DNA of 64,000 nucleotides from Chrysomallon squamiferum (Eukaryota; Animalia; Mollusca), in NCBI GenBank assembly GCA_012295275.1, contig CM022677.1:15562001-15626000 (forward strand), given 5' to 3'. Every line of letters begins with the position of its first letter. Position 1 is the stretch's first letter. Of the stretch, positions 13,011 to 26,323 are shown piece after piece. The position numbers were made by a program, and so were the translations under genes. The notes below the pieces were generated by a model that was not told the DNA's origin, searched no databases, and saw only the letters and a list, made by a program, of their open reading frames with translations.

Positions 13011-13811
13011 GACTTAAGTTATTACAAGCAGTGTAAACCATTACTGACTACTGATAATAAGAATTTGGTGTACATATCAAAACGGACTTGTCGACGTTTG
13101 GCTGAAATAAGAAGCCAGAATTAATACTTTGATCAAGACGTTTCCCTCTTTGTTGAAATAATGGTGACATGTTTCACTAAAACTAAAAACTTGAATTACT
13201 TGAGGTTAAACATAGAGATCTATGAAAAAATAACAATTTAAAAAATAATAATATTATAAATATTCACATACAGCATCTTTGATTATTTTGGGGTTTTATT
13301 TTTTGATAAATTAATTAATTAATTAAACACCCTTAAAAATATTTAAAGTTAAACATTTACAGTTAAAACGATATTAATTTTCATCTCCAGAACAGAGAAT
13401 TTAGCTATTATAACAGCTGTTACAATGCAGCAAGCATGTTTATATCGGTTTGTCGTTTATCTTTTACCTAAGACAGTGTAGCATTTGCAATGATTATAAG
13501 GCCTTGAAGAAACTCAAGCGACAAGAAGACGTAATAATTATATTTTGAACGAGAGTAATCACTTACACAAACAGGCGTCTTTGAAAAATAATGCGGAATT
13601 AACCAAGAAAGAAAGAAGGGATGAAAAAAATAAATAACAAAGCACGACAAAAATAAAAGAAATCAATAACATGCAATAAGAAATACTTTCAAGATATTTT
13701 TATTTAGTTTTCTTTTTTTTTACATAAATACCTATTTTTCTTTTTTTTTACAAACAACAAAGAAATCTCTTTCTAGCATCTGCACACATTAAAAGCTACA
13801 TCGTATTTCAT

Positions 13812-15332
13812 TTATTCTTCTGGATTTGTGGAACATGGTTGCTTGAATACTTGCCCTTTTTCTAGAATCCAGTAAATTGATACCCATTTAGAGCCAATAA
13901 GAACAGGACAAGCTCCATGAAGTGTCATTTTGTTAGGTGAACCATTCCGATATAAATTATACCAAAATATAGCTGCACCTGCTTTAGGTTGTATTCTTAC
14001 ACCAAGATGAAGAAACACTGTTGCACCCACTTCAACATCACTCAAATAGTTTAACCATGTGGCAATTCTGTTTTCACCGGAAGAATCTGCTATGTTGAAA
14101 TAGTCAGTATGAGCCGTGAACTGTCCGCCTATTCCATAGTTTGCCACCTAAAGTGGTTCTGAAGCTTTCATTGAAAGACCTGTGATTGCTTCAATTCTTT
14201 TCTGACTTCTCATGTCTGCTTCTGTGAAAGCTCTTCCTAGAAAATTATTTTTGCTAATTCTTGTCTCAGATTTGAAAATGTTTCCATAGTGATTGATTTC
14301 AGATGCTTGTAAAAGTGGCATAGAAACTGTTTTAATGTCTTCAATTGCAGCATCACTGATAAAATCATGATAGAGAAATTTTCGGTGAGAAATGCAGAAT
14401 CTTTTCTTTGGCAGGCTTAAGAATTAGAAGCGGATTTTTGTTGTTGTAATGGTAGCGACATTTCAGACGATGTCTCTGTCGTATTTTAATAACGTCTTCA
14501 CCACGACAGAGAGCATCGAGAGTTGTTTTTTCTTTAACTCTGGCATTTTCTTTTCTCTTTTCTTTCCTACATTTTGATACACTTCAAAACTTTTTCCTCC
14601 TTTTCGGATCACGTTCTAGTTCAGGAGCTAACATTAATTGTTTATTTGTCAAATTTAAAAAGTGTTTTATCTGTCCCTCTAATTCTCTGCCGTGTATTTC
14701 ATAGTCATGAAATTCTATCCGAGATACATTCTGAATTGTTTCCGTTCTTTTTTTCTCAAGACTTATCTCCATCCAAATATGCACATATTTGTATTTTGTC
14801 ATTTTGTATGCGATGCGACCTAATTGATAACAGTCTTCTGCTGATAATCTCTGTATATATCGTTCATATATAAAACCGTCTGCTAATCTCGTCGCATTTA
14901 ATTTGTATGTATCCTGAAGTCGGAACAGAGCTGCAGCGGCCCTTCTAAATCTTCGTAACTTGGAAGCTGTTCACGAATTTCTTGTAGTTCAGTCAGCTCT
15001 GTCTGGGACGTAATACTTTCGTGAAGAATAGGCTGCACATCTCGTTCCCAGTCCAAAGTGAAACGTTTAATATATAAAAATGCACCAATCGGGTTGGCTA
15101 TGTAACGATTTGGGTCTTTTAGTGCGATCGAAAAGTGATGTTCAGTTTGATTTGAAATTGTTTTCAACTTTTCCAATTTAGTTCCTTGTTCATGAACGTG
15201 ACTGAAATTTCTTAATGTTGTTGCCAAGTCTCTTCCTGCTAGTACAGAGCTGTAGAGATGTGATACGGACGTAAACAGTTCTGAATTCACAGCTGATAAA
15301 AGCGAAACTAAAGTAATGTACTGCTGATACAT
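13812..15332 (-). pseudogene. P4HA: Intronless prolyl 4-hydroxylase alpha subunit pseudogene (collagen P4H alpha family)
   Basis: Signal-like N-terminus, then ELFTSVSHL, YIANPIGAFLYIKRFTLDW, LPSYEDLEG/AAALFRLQDTY, LCRGE, LKCRY, PLLILKPAKE, LYHDFISD, RISK, RIEAITGL, ANYGIGGQFTAHTDYF (HxD), NRIATWLNYLSDVEVGATVF, AIFWYNL, TLHGACPVLIGSKW (His, Lys). Several frameshifts and a TAG at 14148-14150 where LQVANYG is expected. No introns over 1.5 kb. Confidence 0.93.
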
Positions 15333-15679
15333 ATTTAAAGGTATCTACCAGCGATATGAATACCTAAATATTTGGTATAAAAATAGAGTTATGATGATAT
15401 AATTCTAAATATATATCAGGTTATTGAACTGGTGGGGGCCATCTTAAACATTTTATTTTATTTCTGTTTTTTATTTTAGTACAATTTTTAGTTTTAGTTT
15501 TTCTTAATTTATTTTATGAATGTGTTTCAATAAATGACAGTTTTAATAGAAAATGTTTTTATACAAAATCATTAAACCTTATTTCATTTCACTTTATATT
15601 TTTTATTTTTCATTCTTTCTCTGTAGAGGACTAAATGATAGAGGACTACTTTCTATGAATTGTCTAGAATCTCCTCTTA

Positions 15680-15975
15680 AGTAAATAAATACTGTACAGT
15701 AACTGATATCAGAAATTAAGTAAATAAATACTGTACCGTAACGTGATATCAGAAATTAAGTAAATAAATAGTGTAAAGTAACGTGATAGCAGAAATTAAG
15801 TAAATAAATAGTGTAAAGTAACGTGATATCAGAAATTAAGTAAATATATAGTGTAAAGTAACGTGATAGCAGAAATTAAGTAAATAAATACTGTACAATA
15901 ACGTGATATCAGCAGTTTTAAGTAAACAAATACTGTACAGCAACATGATATTACCAGGCGTGAAGTAAATAAATA
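15680..15975. repeat. 40-bp minisatellite, about 7 units, just upstream of the P4H pseudogene
   Basis: Unit TAAGTAAATAAATA(C/G)TGTA(C/A)AGTAACGTGATA(T/G)CAGAAAT. Confidence 0.92.
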
Positions 15976-17699
15976 CAATGGATTAACTCATAACCATCAA
16001 CTCAGTTTGTGAGATAATCACGTATCAGTTATATAATTATAATGTCATGACATCTCTCTTCCTGTTATATACTTGATAACTTATTTGGCTCTCTACCATA
16101 TCTCTAACACTTGTCTCTGTGTCTACATATATCTCTATTGCTTCTTTATGATTCTCTACCAGCATGTCTAGTTCTTGTTTATCTCTCTACCATTATCTCT
16201 ATCACTTGCCTTCCTCTCTACAGTTATCTGTATCATTTGTCTCTGGCTCTCTAGTTATATCTGTATTAGTGTCTGCCTAACCTTTATCTCTATCATTTGT
16301 TTTCTACCTGTATCTCTATGACTTGTCTCCTTCTCTTTACATACATCACTAATATTTGTCTCTGTCCTACATAACTAGTATTTGACTCTGTCCCTCTAAC
16401 TATATCTCTATTGCTTTCTCTCTTTATCTACATCTCTGTCACTGGTCTATATATCTAACTCCTGTCTACCTCTCTACCTTTATCTCTGTCTTTTTCTATA
16501 TCTTTATCTCTATCATGTGTCTGTCAGTATACCATGATCTCTATCACTTGTTTCTGTTTCTCTATCTCGATTACATGTCTGACTCTCTCTACCTTTATCA
16601 CTTGTCTGCCTCACTACCTTATCACTTTTTCTGTTTCACTATCTATATATTGATAATTTTGCCTGTCTCTCTTTGCTTATATCTCAATCACTTGTCTATC
16701 TCTCTAAAACCTGTCTCTATCACTCTACCTATATCTCTATCCAATGTCCCTATATTTCTATATCTCTCTCTGCTTATACCTGTCCCAGTCTCAGCTACCA
16801 ATAATCTCTAACATTAATGTGTGAGATAAACTAATGCAAAGATAGGATTTATGCTACTGGCTCAAAATTAACCACACATCTTTTTTCTTTTTTTTTTACA
16901 TTACTTGGATAGAAGTATTTTTGATTATACATATCATTTTTTTTTATTCCTATATAATAATTATTTAATAGTCTGGTCATGCAGGTTTAAACTTGCTGAG
17001 TTGGTATATAGTTAACAACAGCTTCCTCTGAGGAATTTTAACTAACTGAGCTCAGTTGTTAAGGATATATGGAATAAGTTTTAGCAGTCCATTGTTTTGA
17101 TTTTGGAATAATAAACCAGCTTAGCATTCACATCAATAACAGCAACAACAATCAAACATTTTATATCAAAATGGTCGAATTACATAATATGGTCGTTACT
17201 GATTTATCTATCTACACAGCTGTGTGTTATCAATCCATCCATCCTTCCATCCAGCATATCTGTTTCAATGTATTTACTTATCCATATACCTGTGTGTGTG
17301 TCTGCATATATATGTGTGTGTTTGTCTCTCTATTGGTTTGCCCATTCAACATACTTGTATCCCACCTGACTATGTACCTCTCTTTCTTTTTCTAATTATC
17401 TATCTGTCAGTCTGTCTTGTTATCATTCCTATACACGTATGTGTGTATGTATATATGTATGTATATATGTGTGTACATCTATATGGATAGATCCATCCCT
17501 CCAATCAGCGTTAGTGAAAATTATTTATTTCATTTTAATTTATTTTATTTCAATTATTTTATTTTATTTTATTTTTTTATTTACTTATTTTATTTTTTTT
17601 TTTAATTTATTATTCTTTTATTTTTTATTTTTTATTTTATTTGTTTTTGGCTGACGATTTCGTAACAAAAAGTAAAAAAAAAAAAAAGTACGAGATGGT

Positions 17700-17960
17700 A
17701 TATTACGTCAACGTCAGAAAAAAAAAAAAAAATAATAATAAAAGAAATATTACCACGTTTTGAGCAGTTACTACAGAGTATTAGCCATCTATGTATTGGT
17801 TATATGACATACTTCTCTAAATTTCTTTTAATGATCCATGTAGAATTATTGCATTGTAAAAGTCTACATGTTTAAAAGTCTGTAAATACTGATCGGCGTT
17901 CGTTGCTGCCATCTTGGATTTCGATCGGAAGTTTCTGTTCGGTCACGGAAGTTTTTAAAC
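17700..17960. promoter_or_regulatory. Putative housekeeping-type Pol II promoter motif cluster
   Basis: Local CpG cluster with TTACGTCA (CRE/ATF-like, ~17703), ATTGG (~17795), GCCATCTTGG (YY1-like, 17908) and two CGGAAGT (ETS-like, 17926 and 17946). No downstream CDS identified. Confidence 0.45.
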
Positions 17961-18009
17961 TTCCAAATACAATTATTTTACATCTACTTTCTGAACTTTT
18001 TATAATTTA

Positions 18010-18510
18010 CACTGATAAAGATGGTTGTTACAAAACTATGATCTCTTTCGCCTTTCCTTTTTAAACTAAAATAAATGAATTAAATAAATAAAATAAATAA
18101 ATAAAATTAAATGAAAAACATTAAATGAAATAGCAATTTTACAATAATTTATCAAATAATAATATCACGATAATTAAACCAAAAATACAGGAAACTGGTT
18201 AGTTAAAAGAAAAAGAAAACGCAGGGAATGTTAATAAGCTGGTTCTGTCTGCTACGAAACATTATACAGAATTGGTTATTTTCGTCTAAAAGCAGCAAAT
18301 CTAATTTACCGTCACCTCGTATAAACGAGGAGTAATCTATTTCAGAAGTTCGTAGTCTAAGAGAAACAACTCTATTTAACACGCACGTTGGTAAATATAC
18401 AAAAAAGACTGAGTATCGTAAAATTAAAAAAAAAAATGAAAAAATGAAAAAAAAGAGTTCAAACTGAATATATATCATTCACTGAATTCACTAAATTCAC
18501 TAAAATTATT
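18010..18510 (+). repeat. Direct duplication of ~46420-47005 (18905-19045 also matches ~47700-47900)
   Basis: Shared CTGATAAAGATGGTT, GGAAACTGGTTA, GTTAATAAGCTGGTTCTGTCTGCTAC, TCTAATTTACCGTCA; and TTCAGTGTATTCTGAAAATACTGAAGGATCTTCGAGATTAA. Confidence 0.88.
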
Positions 18511-19479
18511 TTATTTAAAACTAGTGGTAAGTTGGTTTAATTCTGGCCCCCGAGGTCTATTATGACTTGCAGCCGCTATACTGCATTTTGAGGTTTCAAA
18601 ACTGAGTGCTATTTTTTAGTCCTATAGACATAAGGTTAGTGATAAGTTATGACAGATAATCAGTTATTAAGTTCAGCAGAAGAAACTTGATTAATATGTA
18701 GTAATTAGGCAAGAAATATGCTTTTTATTGTATTTTTTTAAACATATTGTATTCTTGTGTGATATTTGTCAAGGAGTTTAGTTTATTGAAGTTTTGAATC
18801 TACTGGTACTGTTTGTATGTCTGTCTGTCTATGGATTTATCTCTCTGTAGGTATATCGGTCTCACTGTCTATCTGTCTCTCTGTCTATCTATCTGTCCAG
18901 CTATCTATCTAACCTCTCAGATTACAGTGATAAGAAATTAAAACTTCAGCAAAAAAATGTATAAACACTGTTGAAAATATTGGGAGCGGTTCAGTGTATT
19001 CTGAAAATACTGAAGGATCTTCGAGATTAACATTAATATTAATAAATTAATTTATTTATTTATTTATTTTGTTAACTGTTTTATGTCATAGAAAACAAAG
19101 CTTGTCCCTGTAAATTACAGTTGAAATGTCCTTTGTTTTGCAGTAAAGAAAAACAAAATGTTCTTGTTCAAGTAAAGTGTAACTCAGTTTTCACCATCCT
19201 TTTTTCAGAATCATTTTAATAATTTGTTATTCATAAAGTTTTGAGAAAAAATAACGTTATATGTTATTATGAGGAACGCTATTTAGTACACATATTAGAA
19301 CTGAATGACAATAGTTTATTTGCTTCAAGCAGACCTCTTTATACTAACACATTTAAATTTAGTGAAAGAACCATAACGTTTTACATTTATATGTAGCACT
19401 CTAGATTATTCCTAGTTGAATATTAAGTGTCTAATTATGAAGTTAAATTTTAGGGGAGATAATAGAATATTACTTCTTC

Positions 19480-19620
19480 AGATAATTTTCTGCAGATAAC
19501 ATGTGCCTTTCTGACTTTTCCTATTTCAATTAATATTCTGAAAGGAAATATTTCTACTATAAAATAAGAATATAATTACCAAGATATTCAGTTTTGCACC
19601 TAATAAAAATAAATATTTGT
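19480..19620 (+). repeat. ~140-bp direct repeat, second copy at ~20938-21085
   Basis: ATAATTTTCTGCAGATAAC..CTGACTTTTCCTATT..AAAGGAAATATTTCTACTATAAAATAAGAA..ATAATTACCAAGATATTCAGTTTTGCACCTA in both. Confidence 0.85.
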
Positions 19621-20127
19621 ATCTGTCTTAATCCTGTTAATATCGTTTATAATAAAATATTTATTTTTTTCGCTTGTCCCGTAAGCTTTTAAAAAAGTTT
19701 CAATTTATTTGCATAAACTGTGCTCAGAAAAAAACAAAAATTGAAAACAAAAATTAGAAAAGAAATAAAAACAAATGTGTCCATTTTTGTTGTTGTAATA
19801 CAACAAAGTTTATACAAATAAGCTAAGATTGAGTAAAAACAGAAATAAACAAAAATAAAATACCTGACATTTTCTTTAATTGTACTGCTTTACATAATTT
19901 AATTCAGTCAGAACTATTTTATCTGGAATATTAACATAATAATATGTTTGCTGTACTACAAAACATATTTCTATAATTAGAAAATATAGCTAGCTCATCC
20001 GGATTAAGGACTTCATCTTTACTTTATTCATTTTAATTGATTTTATTTTGTTTTTGATATATTAAAAATCAAACAAATCCGAAAACAAACAACGGACACA
20101 CCTCAGTACTCATTCAAAATTTCGAAA

Positions 20128-20187
<60 letters not shown>

Positions 20188-20469
20188 AACAACATTAGTA
20201 CAGATAAACTCAATTGAATCATATATAAATGTCATGTTAATAATAAAAATACTGACAGTGAATACAACGTAAATTCCGACGCGCAGTTTTTCTTCAGATA
20301 TCTGTAGAAATGTAATTCTCAGTTTGTCAGTATAACCGTTGTGACTCTAGAAGCCTTCTCTCCATCTGCAATCTTAATACATTATCCAGAGATACTCGTA
20401 TTTTCCTGTAATATATAATCAATAAATTGTGAAAAAAAAAAATAATAATAATAATAAAAATAATAATAA

Positions 20470-20500
<31 letters not shown>

Positions 20501-21552
20501 AAGAAGAACACCCATATACGCACACAATTCCTTAGTTGTTATTAAAGTTTAAAAAAATGTTTATCACTTAACCTGTTCTATAATTCTCGATTTACACTGA
20601 TTCTACATTCTGCCACATTAAGAGCTCTCTACTAAACATGAATTTTTTTGTTTTCATAAATAAAAATGAAATATTTACTCTATTTATACGGCGTTATTTG
20701 ATTTTAATAATCTTTTCCCGCAATAACACCTTACCTTTTAAATACAAGATTTTTGACATTATACGGCGCCTTTATTCAAAATAATATGTGGGTAAGTAAC
20801 AGAAAACAACATTGCACCGTTTCTTAAACTCAGTTTTGATAACCTTGACATAGTCGAAAAATAAAATGTTATTTTCAGTTACCTCACAGAAGATTTTGAT
20901 ATATTTTATTAAAAACGGCATTAACTTGATAAGATGAATAATTTTCTGCAGATAACTCGTACCTGTCTGACTTTTCCTATTGTTAATAGAAAAGTATATC
21001 AATTAATTTTCTAAAAGGAAATATTTCTACTATAAAATAAGAACATAATTACCAAGATATTCAGTTTTGCACCTACTAAAAAGAAAACACGGAGAAGTCT
21101 GGGAAAAGGGAAACTTATTCATGTATTTTCACTAGGTCATTCTGTATTTTATCTATATTTATCTATTATTATTATTATATTCAGAGGTGATCTAGTATAA
21201 TGAAATGTTAATTTTCGAGGTAAACTACAAACATTCTTGACAGTTTAAATTTGTTTTGATAATGACGTGTAAAAATATCAGTGTTAAACAGCACTACAGT
21301 TACTATAAGATTAAGGTAATTTTCGCTCATTGTCTCATTTTATTCCTGAAAACTGCTGGTAGTAAATTAAAACGTAAATTCTGTCTAGCGTTCTCAAATT
21401 ATCTTCATAAAACTACGCTCCTAGAAATAATATTTATGTCATTAATTCTTAAGTTATTAATATAAATTGCTGAGATTCCATTTTAAAGTTATTCTATTCT
21501 GTTCTTTACAAAATATTTTTAAAGTTTTATAGAAGGCGTAGTGGTAGGCATG

Positions 21553-21588
<36 letters not shown>

Positions 21589-22111
21589 GATATAACTGAC
21601 AAATTGTAATATTAATACAGTAGCTATCTCCTAGTAGAATAAAATGTAACTGTAAGTGAAATTATCAGTATTTTTTATGATGCAAAATAGAGGTAAAACA
21701 TAATAAAACATCACGTTATTTTCACTCAGTATCAAATTATGATATAAACGTCGCTGGTTTTATATATAAAACATGAATTACGTCGCGTTTTACAAAACAG
21801 AAAACTCTGTGAATTTTAATTTTAATGTTGATAAATCTATCCTTTTTCAGATAAAATCTAAACACTCCTTTTAAATATATCCTTTTTCAGAGAACTTCAT
21901 AATAATTATTGTAAACACTCAAGTGAGAATAAAAAATAAATTATCCTTTTCAGAGAACTTCATAAAATTAAAACACTAAATAATTAAATAAAATTAAATA
22001 AATAAATAAAAACATCTACATTGTTTATGTAAACATTAGTTTAACCAATCAGATGCTGAGATTCCGGGCACCTGCCATCGTATTCGAATGTTTTAAATCT
22101 TTGAATTAGAT

Positions 22112-24782
22112 CAGTGATTCTCAACCGCCGTGTTGCGACACACAAGTGTGTCGCGAGGCTCCCTCAGGTGTGTCGCGAAACTTTGTGACGAACACCTGAA
22201 AACACGGACAATTTGCATAAATCTCGGTTTCATGTTCTACTAATATGCCTTGGAGGAAGGAACTTCCTTTCTCCAATGAATATGCACACATTCAAAGTGT
22301 ATGCACTCCAATGAATATGCACACCGATCAGTGGCGGCCACCAACCTTTGCACCTTTCGCTCAAGGTCGATCAGTTGCCCATGAGACGTCAGTGTGATAG
22401 GTTGTGTGTGTGGTGTTGTCGAATTAACTTCGCTGTGTTTTAAATTATTGTCATTCTTAAACACTTATTAGTAAAGAGATGTAGCTAACTAGGTGTATTT
22501 AGTTAAGAAATTATGCTAGTTAGAACAGACTTTGCAAATGCAAATCTGTCGTCACGGCAAATCTGTCGTCACGGCAAATCTGTTCAGTTTACAGTGTTTA
22601 CTATTTACTTACATCGAACTCAATCGTACTGCACACTCAATTTTGACCTCTAAATTACAGATGAATTTAAACTAAATTAGCTTGTGACTAATCATAACTA
22701 GTTTAACGCTGCCTGTTGTTTACTGTTGTTGGTTAGAGTACGCGCGTGTTAATTGCTTATGAATACCCCCTCACAATGGATAAATGTGTTAAAAGGAAGG
22801 ATGTTAGTGACGGGTGTGAGGTTAAAACAGAACATACAATGAAGCCCACAAAATCCAGCACGAAAAAGGCAAAAGTTCACCATAATAGACGGTACTGTGA
22901 TGATTATTTGAAGTTTGTATTTTCTTGGTCAGGAGATGTTGCTCAACCATGTCCATTATGTATAGTTTGTGGTGAAAAAATGGCCAATGAATCCATGGTA
23001 CCAAATAAATTACTAAGACATTTCACGACTAAACATTCCTACCTACAAGATAAAGATCTTAATTATTTTCAAAGACTGTTACAACAGCAATCAAAGCAAC
23101 GCAATGTTTTTCAGAAAACAATGACCGGGCTCAACTCGCAACAATTGAGGTAGCTGAAATAATAGCAATGAAATCCAAATCCCACACTCTTGCTGAGTCA
23201 GTTATCCTTCCCGCTTGTAAAAAGATGGTGAAATCCATGTTAGGTGAAACAGCTGAAAAAGAAATTAGTAAAATTCCGCTTTCAAATGATACAATACACA
23301 GGAGAATTGTAGATTTATCTGAAAACATTGAAACTAATGTTCAGAAAAAACTTGAAGGATCTAAATTTGCTTTAATAGTTGATGAATCGACCGATATCAG
23401 TAACAGTGCTCAATTGCTTGTATTTGTTCGTTTCATTAATGATGATGAAATAATCAGTCAGTTTTTGTGTTGTAAAGAAATGCCAACAACTACTAGAGGT
23501 CAAGATATTTTTGATATGATAACCGGCTATCTTAAAAAAATGAATTTGACGTGGAAGTTTTGTGTTGGTATTTGTACTGATGGTGCACCATGTATGGTAG
23601 GCTGCATTAAAGGTTTTGCATCACTAGCACGGAAAGAAAATCCAAATCTTGTTCGTACTCATTGCTTTTTACATAGAGAAGTTTTAGTTTCAAAAGTATC
23701 ACAAGAAGATTTGAAGCAAGTGTTACATCAAGTAGTTGAAATTGTCAGTTACATTAAAAGCAGGCCAATAAAGTCGAGATTATTCGAAGAACTATGCAAA
23801 TCAATGGATTCTCAACATGTTCGCTTACTCATGCATACCGACGTTCGATGGCTGTCAAAAGGTAAAGTGTTAACTCGCGTTCATGAATTACAGAAGGAAT
23901 TAATAGTATTTTTTGATAAAGAAAAGAACGAAAGATTTTGTAAATATCTTCGATGTGAATTTTGGATGGCCAAAATGGAATATTTAACGGAAATATTTGG
24001 ACAACTTAATATTGTGAACAGTAGTATGCAAGGTCGAAACGAAAATATTCTAACTTCGACAGATAAGTTGGTTGCCCTTAAAAAGAAAATTGTTATTTGG
24101 AAAAACAGAGCAAAGTCGGGTGAGTTTGATATGTTTCCTACAATGCGTACTAACTGCACTAAAGAAATGATCCCTATCGTGGTTGAGCATCTGACAGCGC
24201 TCGAAGAAAACATCGACCACTACTTTCCGTCGCTGAACACTGAAAAGTACGACTGGTTCGTAATCCTTTTGTAGATGTTCCTTCTAATATTGGGTTTAAA
24301 TTATGCGAAGAAGAAGAATTGGCTACCATTTCAAGTGACAGCAGTCTTAAAATAAAGCATTCTGAGGTAGATATCGACACATTTTGTATTTCAATACAAA
24401 AGGAATTTCCCGCATTAGCTGAAAAAGCCCTATTAGTTCTTTTACAATTCTCTACTCCTTATTTGTGTGAATTGGGCTTTTCAACCTTAAATAATATAAA
24501 AAAATAAGAAGAGAGAAAGATTACGTTCCACTGAAGAAGAAAGGAGAATTTGCTTTCGCAAAATATTCAAGAAGTCATAAGACAAAACCAGGAACAAGTT
24601 TCACACTAGGTAAGTGGCAATTCTGGGATACTAACATAATAAACTGTTTCAGACAAGTCCATATACGTATTTTTTAATTTATTTTACGATTTCATCATAT
24701 AATATTTAAAATTATTACTGTGTCGCGACAGTTTCATGCGCTCGTAGATATGTCGAGAGTAAAAAAAGGTTGAGAAACACTG
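22112..24782 (+). mobile_element. Full-length hAT DNA transposon, Buster/Charlie group
   Basis: TIRs CAGTGATTCTCAACC (22112) and GGTTGAGAAACACTG (ends 24782). Perfect 8-bp TSD AATTAGAT (22104-22111, 24783-24790) with the central TA typical of Buster elements. Subterminal TGTCGCGA repeats at both ends. Confidence 0.96.
22776..24609 (+). pseudogene. Buster-type hAT transposase (ZBED5/ZBED8/SCAND3-like family), frameshifted
   Basis: MDKCVKRK start; BED finger CIVC...KLLRHFTTKH; PLSNDTIHRRI, DESTD, CTDGA, HCFLHRE, DVRWLSKG, LCELGFS; ends QVSH-TAG at 24609. Frameshifts near 23130, 24258 and 24500. Confidence 0.93.
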
Positions 24783-24826
24783 AATTAGATCAATAAAATG
24801 TATTCTTTCCAATACAAAAATAAATA

Positions 24827-24869
<43 letters not shown>

Positions 24870-25234
24870 TTTAAAAATCGCTCATTACTGGTCCTGCAGA
24901 ACTGTTATTCAGGAAGAACATTTTGTGGAACAATATTTGAATCAGGCCCGACGACTCATTTTTAAATTTTATTTAATTTTATTTATTTTTTATTTATTTA
25001 TTTTTAATTTTAATTTTTTATTTGTTTTATTTATTTATATATTTATTTATTTTTATTATTTTTATTATTTATTTTTGTTTTTTTTGTTTTTTGTCAATTT
25101 TTAGCTCAGGAATTTTGTGACGTCAATTATGCGCTGTGACGACAGTGTTATTGGCGTTTCTACACAAAGTAGCTGAATGTTTCGTAAACAAACTTTCGTA
25201 AAGGGAGCTCGCATTCTTAAAAATATTTTAAAAC

Positions 25235-25334
25235 TGTGACATACGTTTCTTGCACAGATCTGAATTGTCAGGGTGTGTTCTAGGTGGTGCTCACACAACC
25301 ACAGAAGCCTGTACTGGAGGTTCATGTAACAGAG
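25235..25334 (+). pseudogene. 3' half of a TSP1-like exon (paralogue ends at 56995)
   Basis: GGAHTTTEACTGGSCNR followed by AG|GTGATT; resembles the end of the 26324 exon (GDRQTTTTESCTSALCDR|GTAAG). Confidence 0.55.
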
Positions 25335-26323
25335 GTGATTATTTTAATTTATATAGCAGGAAGACATTTAGAATGATCAAGAATTACTTTCTGTGTCTGC
25401 TTTCACCAAAATTATAAATCTAGTCATATCAATAAAGTGCTTCTTAAATAGAAAAGCTTATTTTATATAATTAGGTGAATTGAATATGTGTTAAATTTGG
25501 TGAAACTGTCTGCATTTTCTGTTTAAAGTCTGAAATGCAAAATTATGTTTTTTAGCATTGATCTATGACATTGTTACTTTTACTAATAAAAAAAAAAAAA
25601 AAAAACAACAACAACACATTTTTATTATTGTAATTATTATAATTATTATTAGTTGTAGTACTATTCATAGTTGCCATAAAATGTCTCACAGATGTATTTA
25701 CATGACTCAAGCAATTGTGAAAAACTGAAAAATATGAAATATGACTTTTTGGTAAATATATCTCATCATATCATATACACTATGTGTTACTGCAAACAAA
25801 TGTGTTGACAATGTATAAAAAGTTGTTTTTCTTCATAAAATAAATTGTTCCTCTAATTTAATGAAGAATTAACACTGGCTAATAATTTATTCAGAACTAA
25901 AGAATTAATTTTTGGGCAGGTTATGCTGATTTTGTAAACACTTCACTATTTTAAAAGAACCTGAGCTAATATTTTCTGAACAAAAATATATAAAAGTATA
26001 TATTTTTATAAAACAATTATATATCATAACTCTATTTAATAAAAATGGTTTGATAATTTAAACCATAATTTGTATTTCATAAATTTTGATGAATAAATAT
26101 ATATATATAAAGATACAGAATTATATTGGTACTTTAAGATATTAATTCGTAATAACACATTGAATATAAACTTTCTTTAAACTCCAAGCAGTGATACCAT
26201 AAAATCATGACATTATAAATAATTACATTTAACACTTTGCTTTTAAATTAGTCAGTGATTTTATGTATTTAAGTATTTACTTATTTGTTTGTTTATTTAT
26301 TTATATATTTTTTTTTTTTTTAG

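Noticed and set aside
23881-24380. Minus-strand ORFs inside the hAT
   Set aside because: Antisense shadows of the transposase frame.
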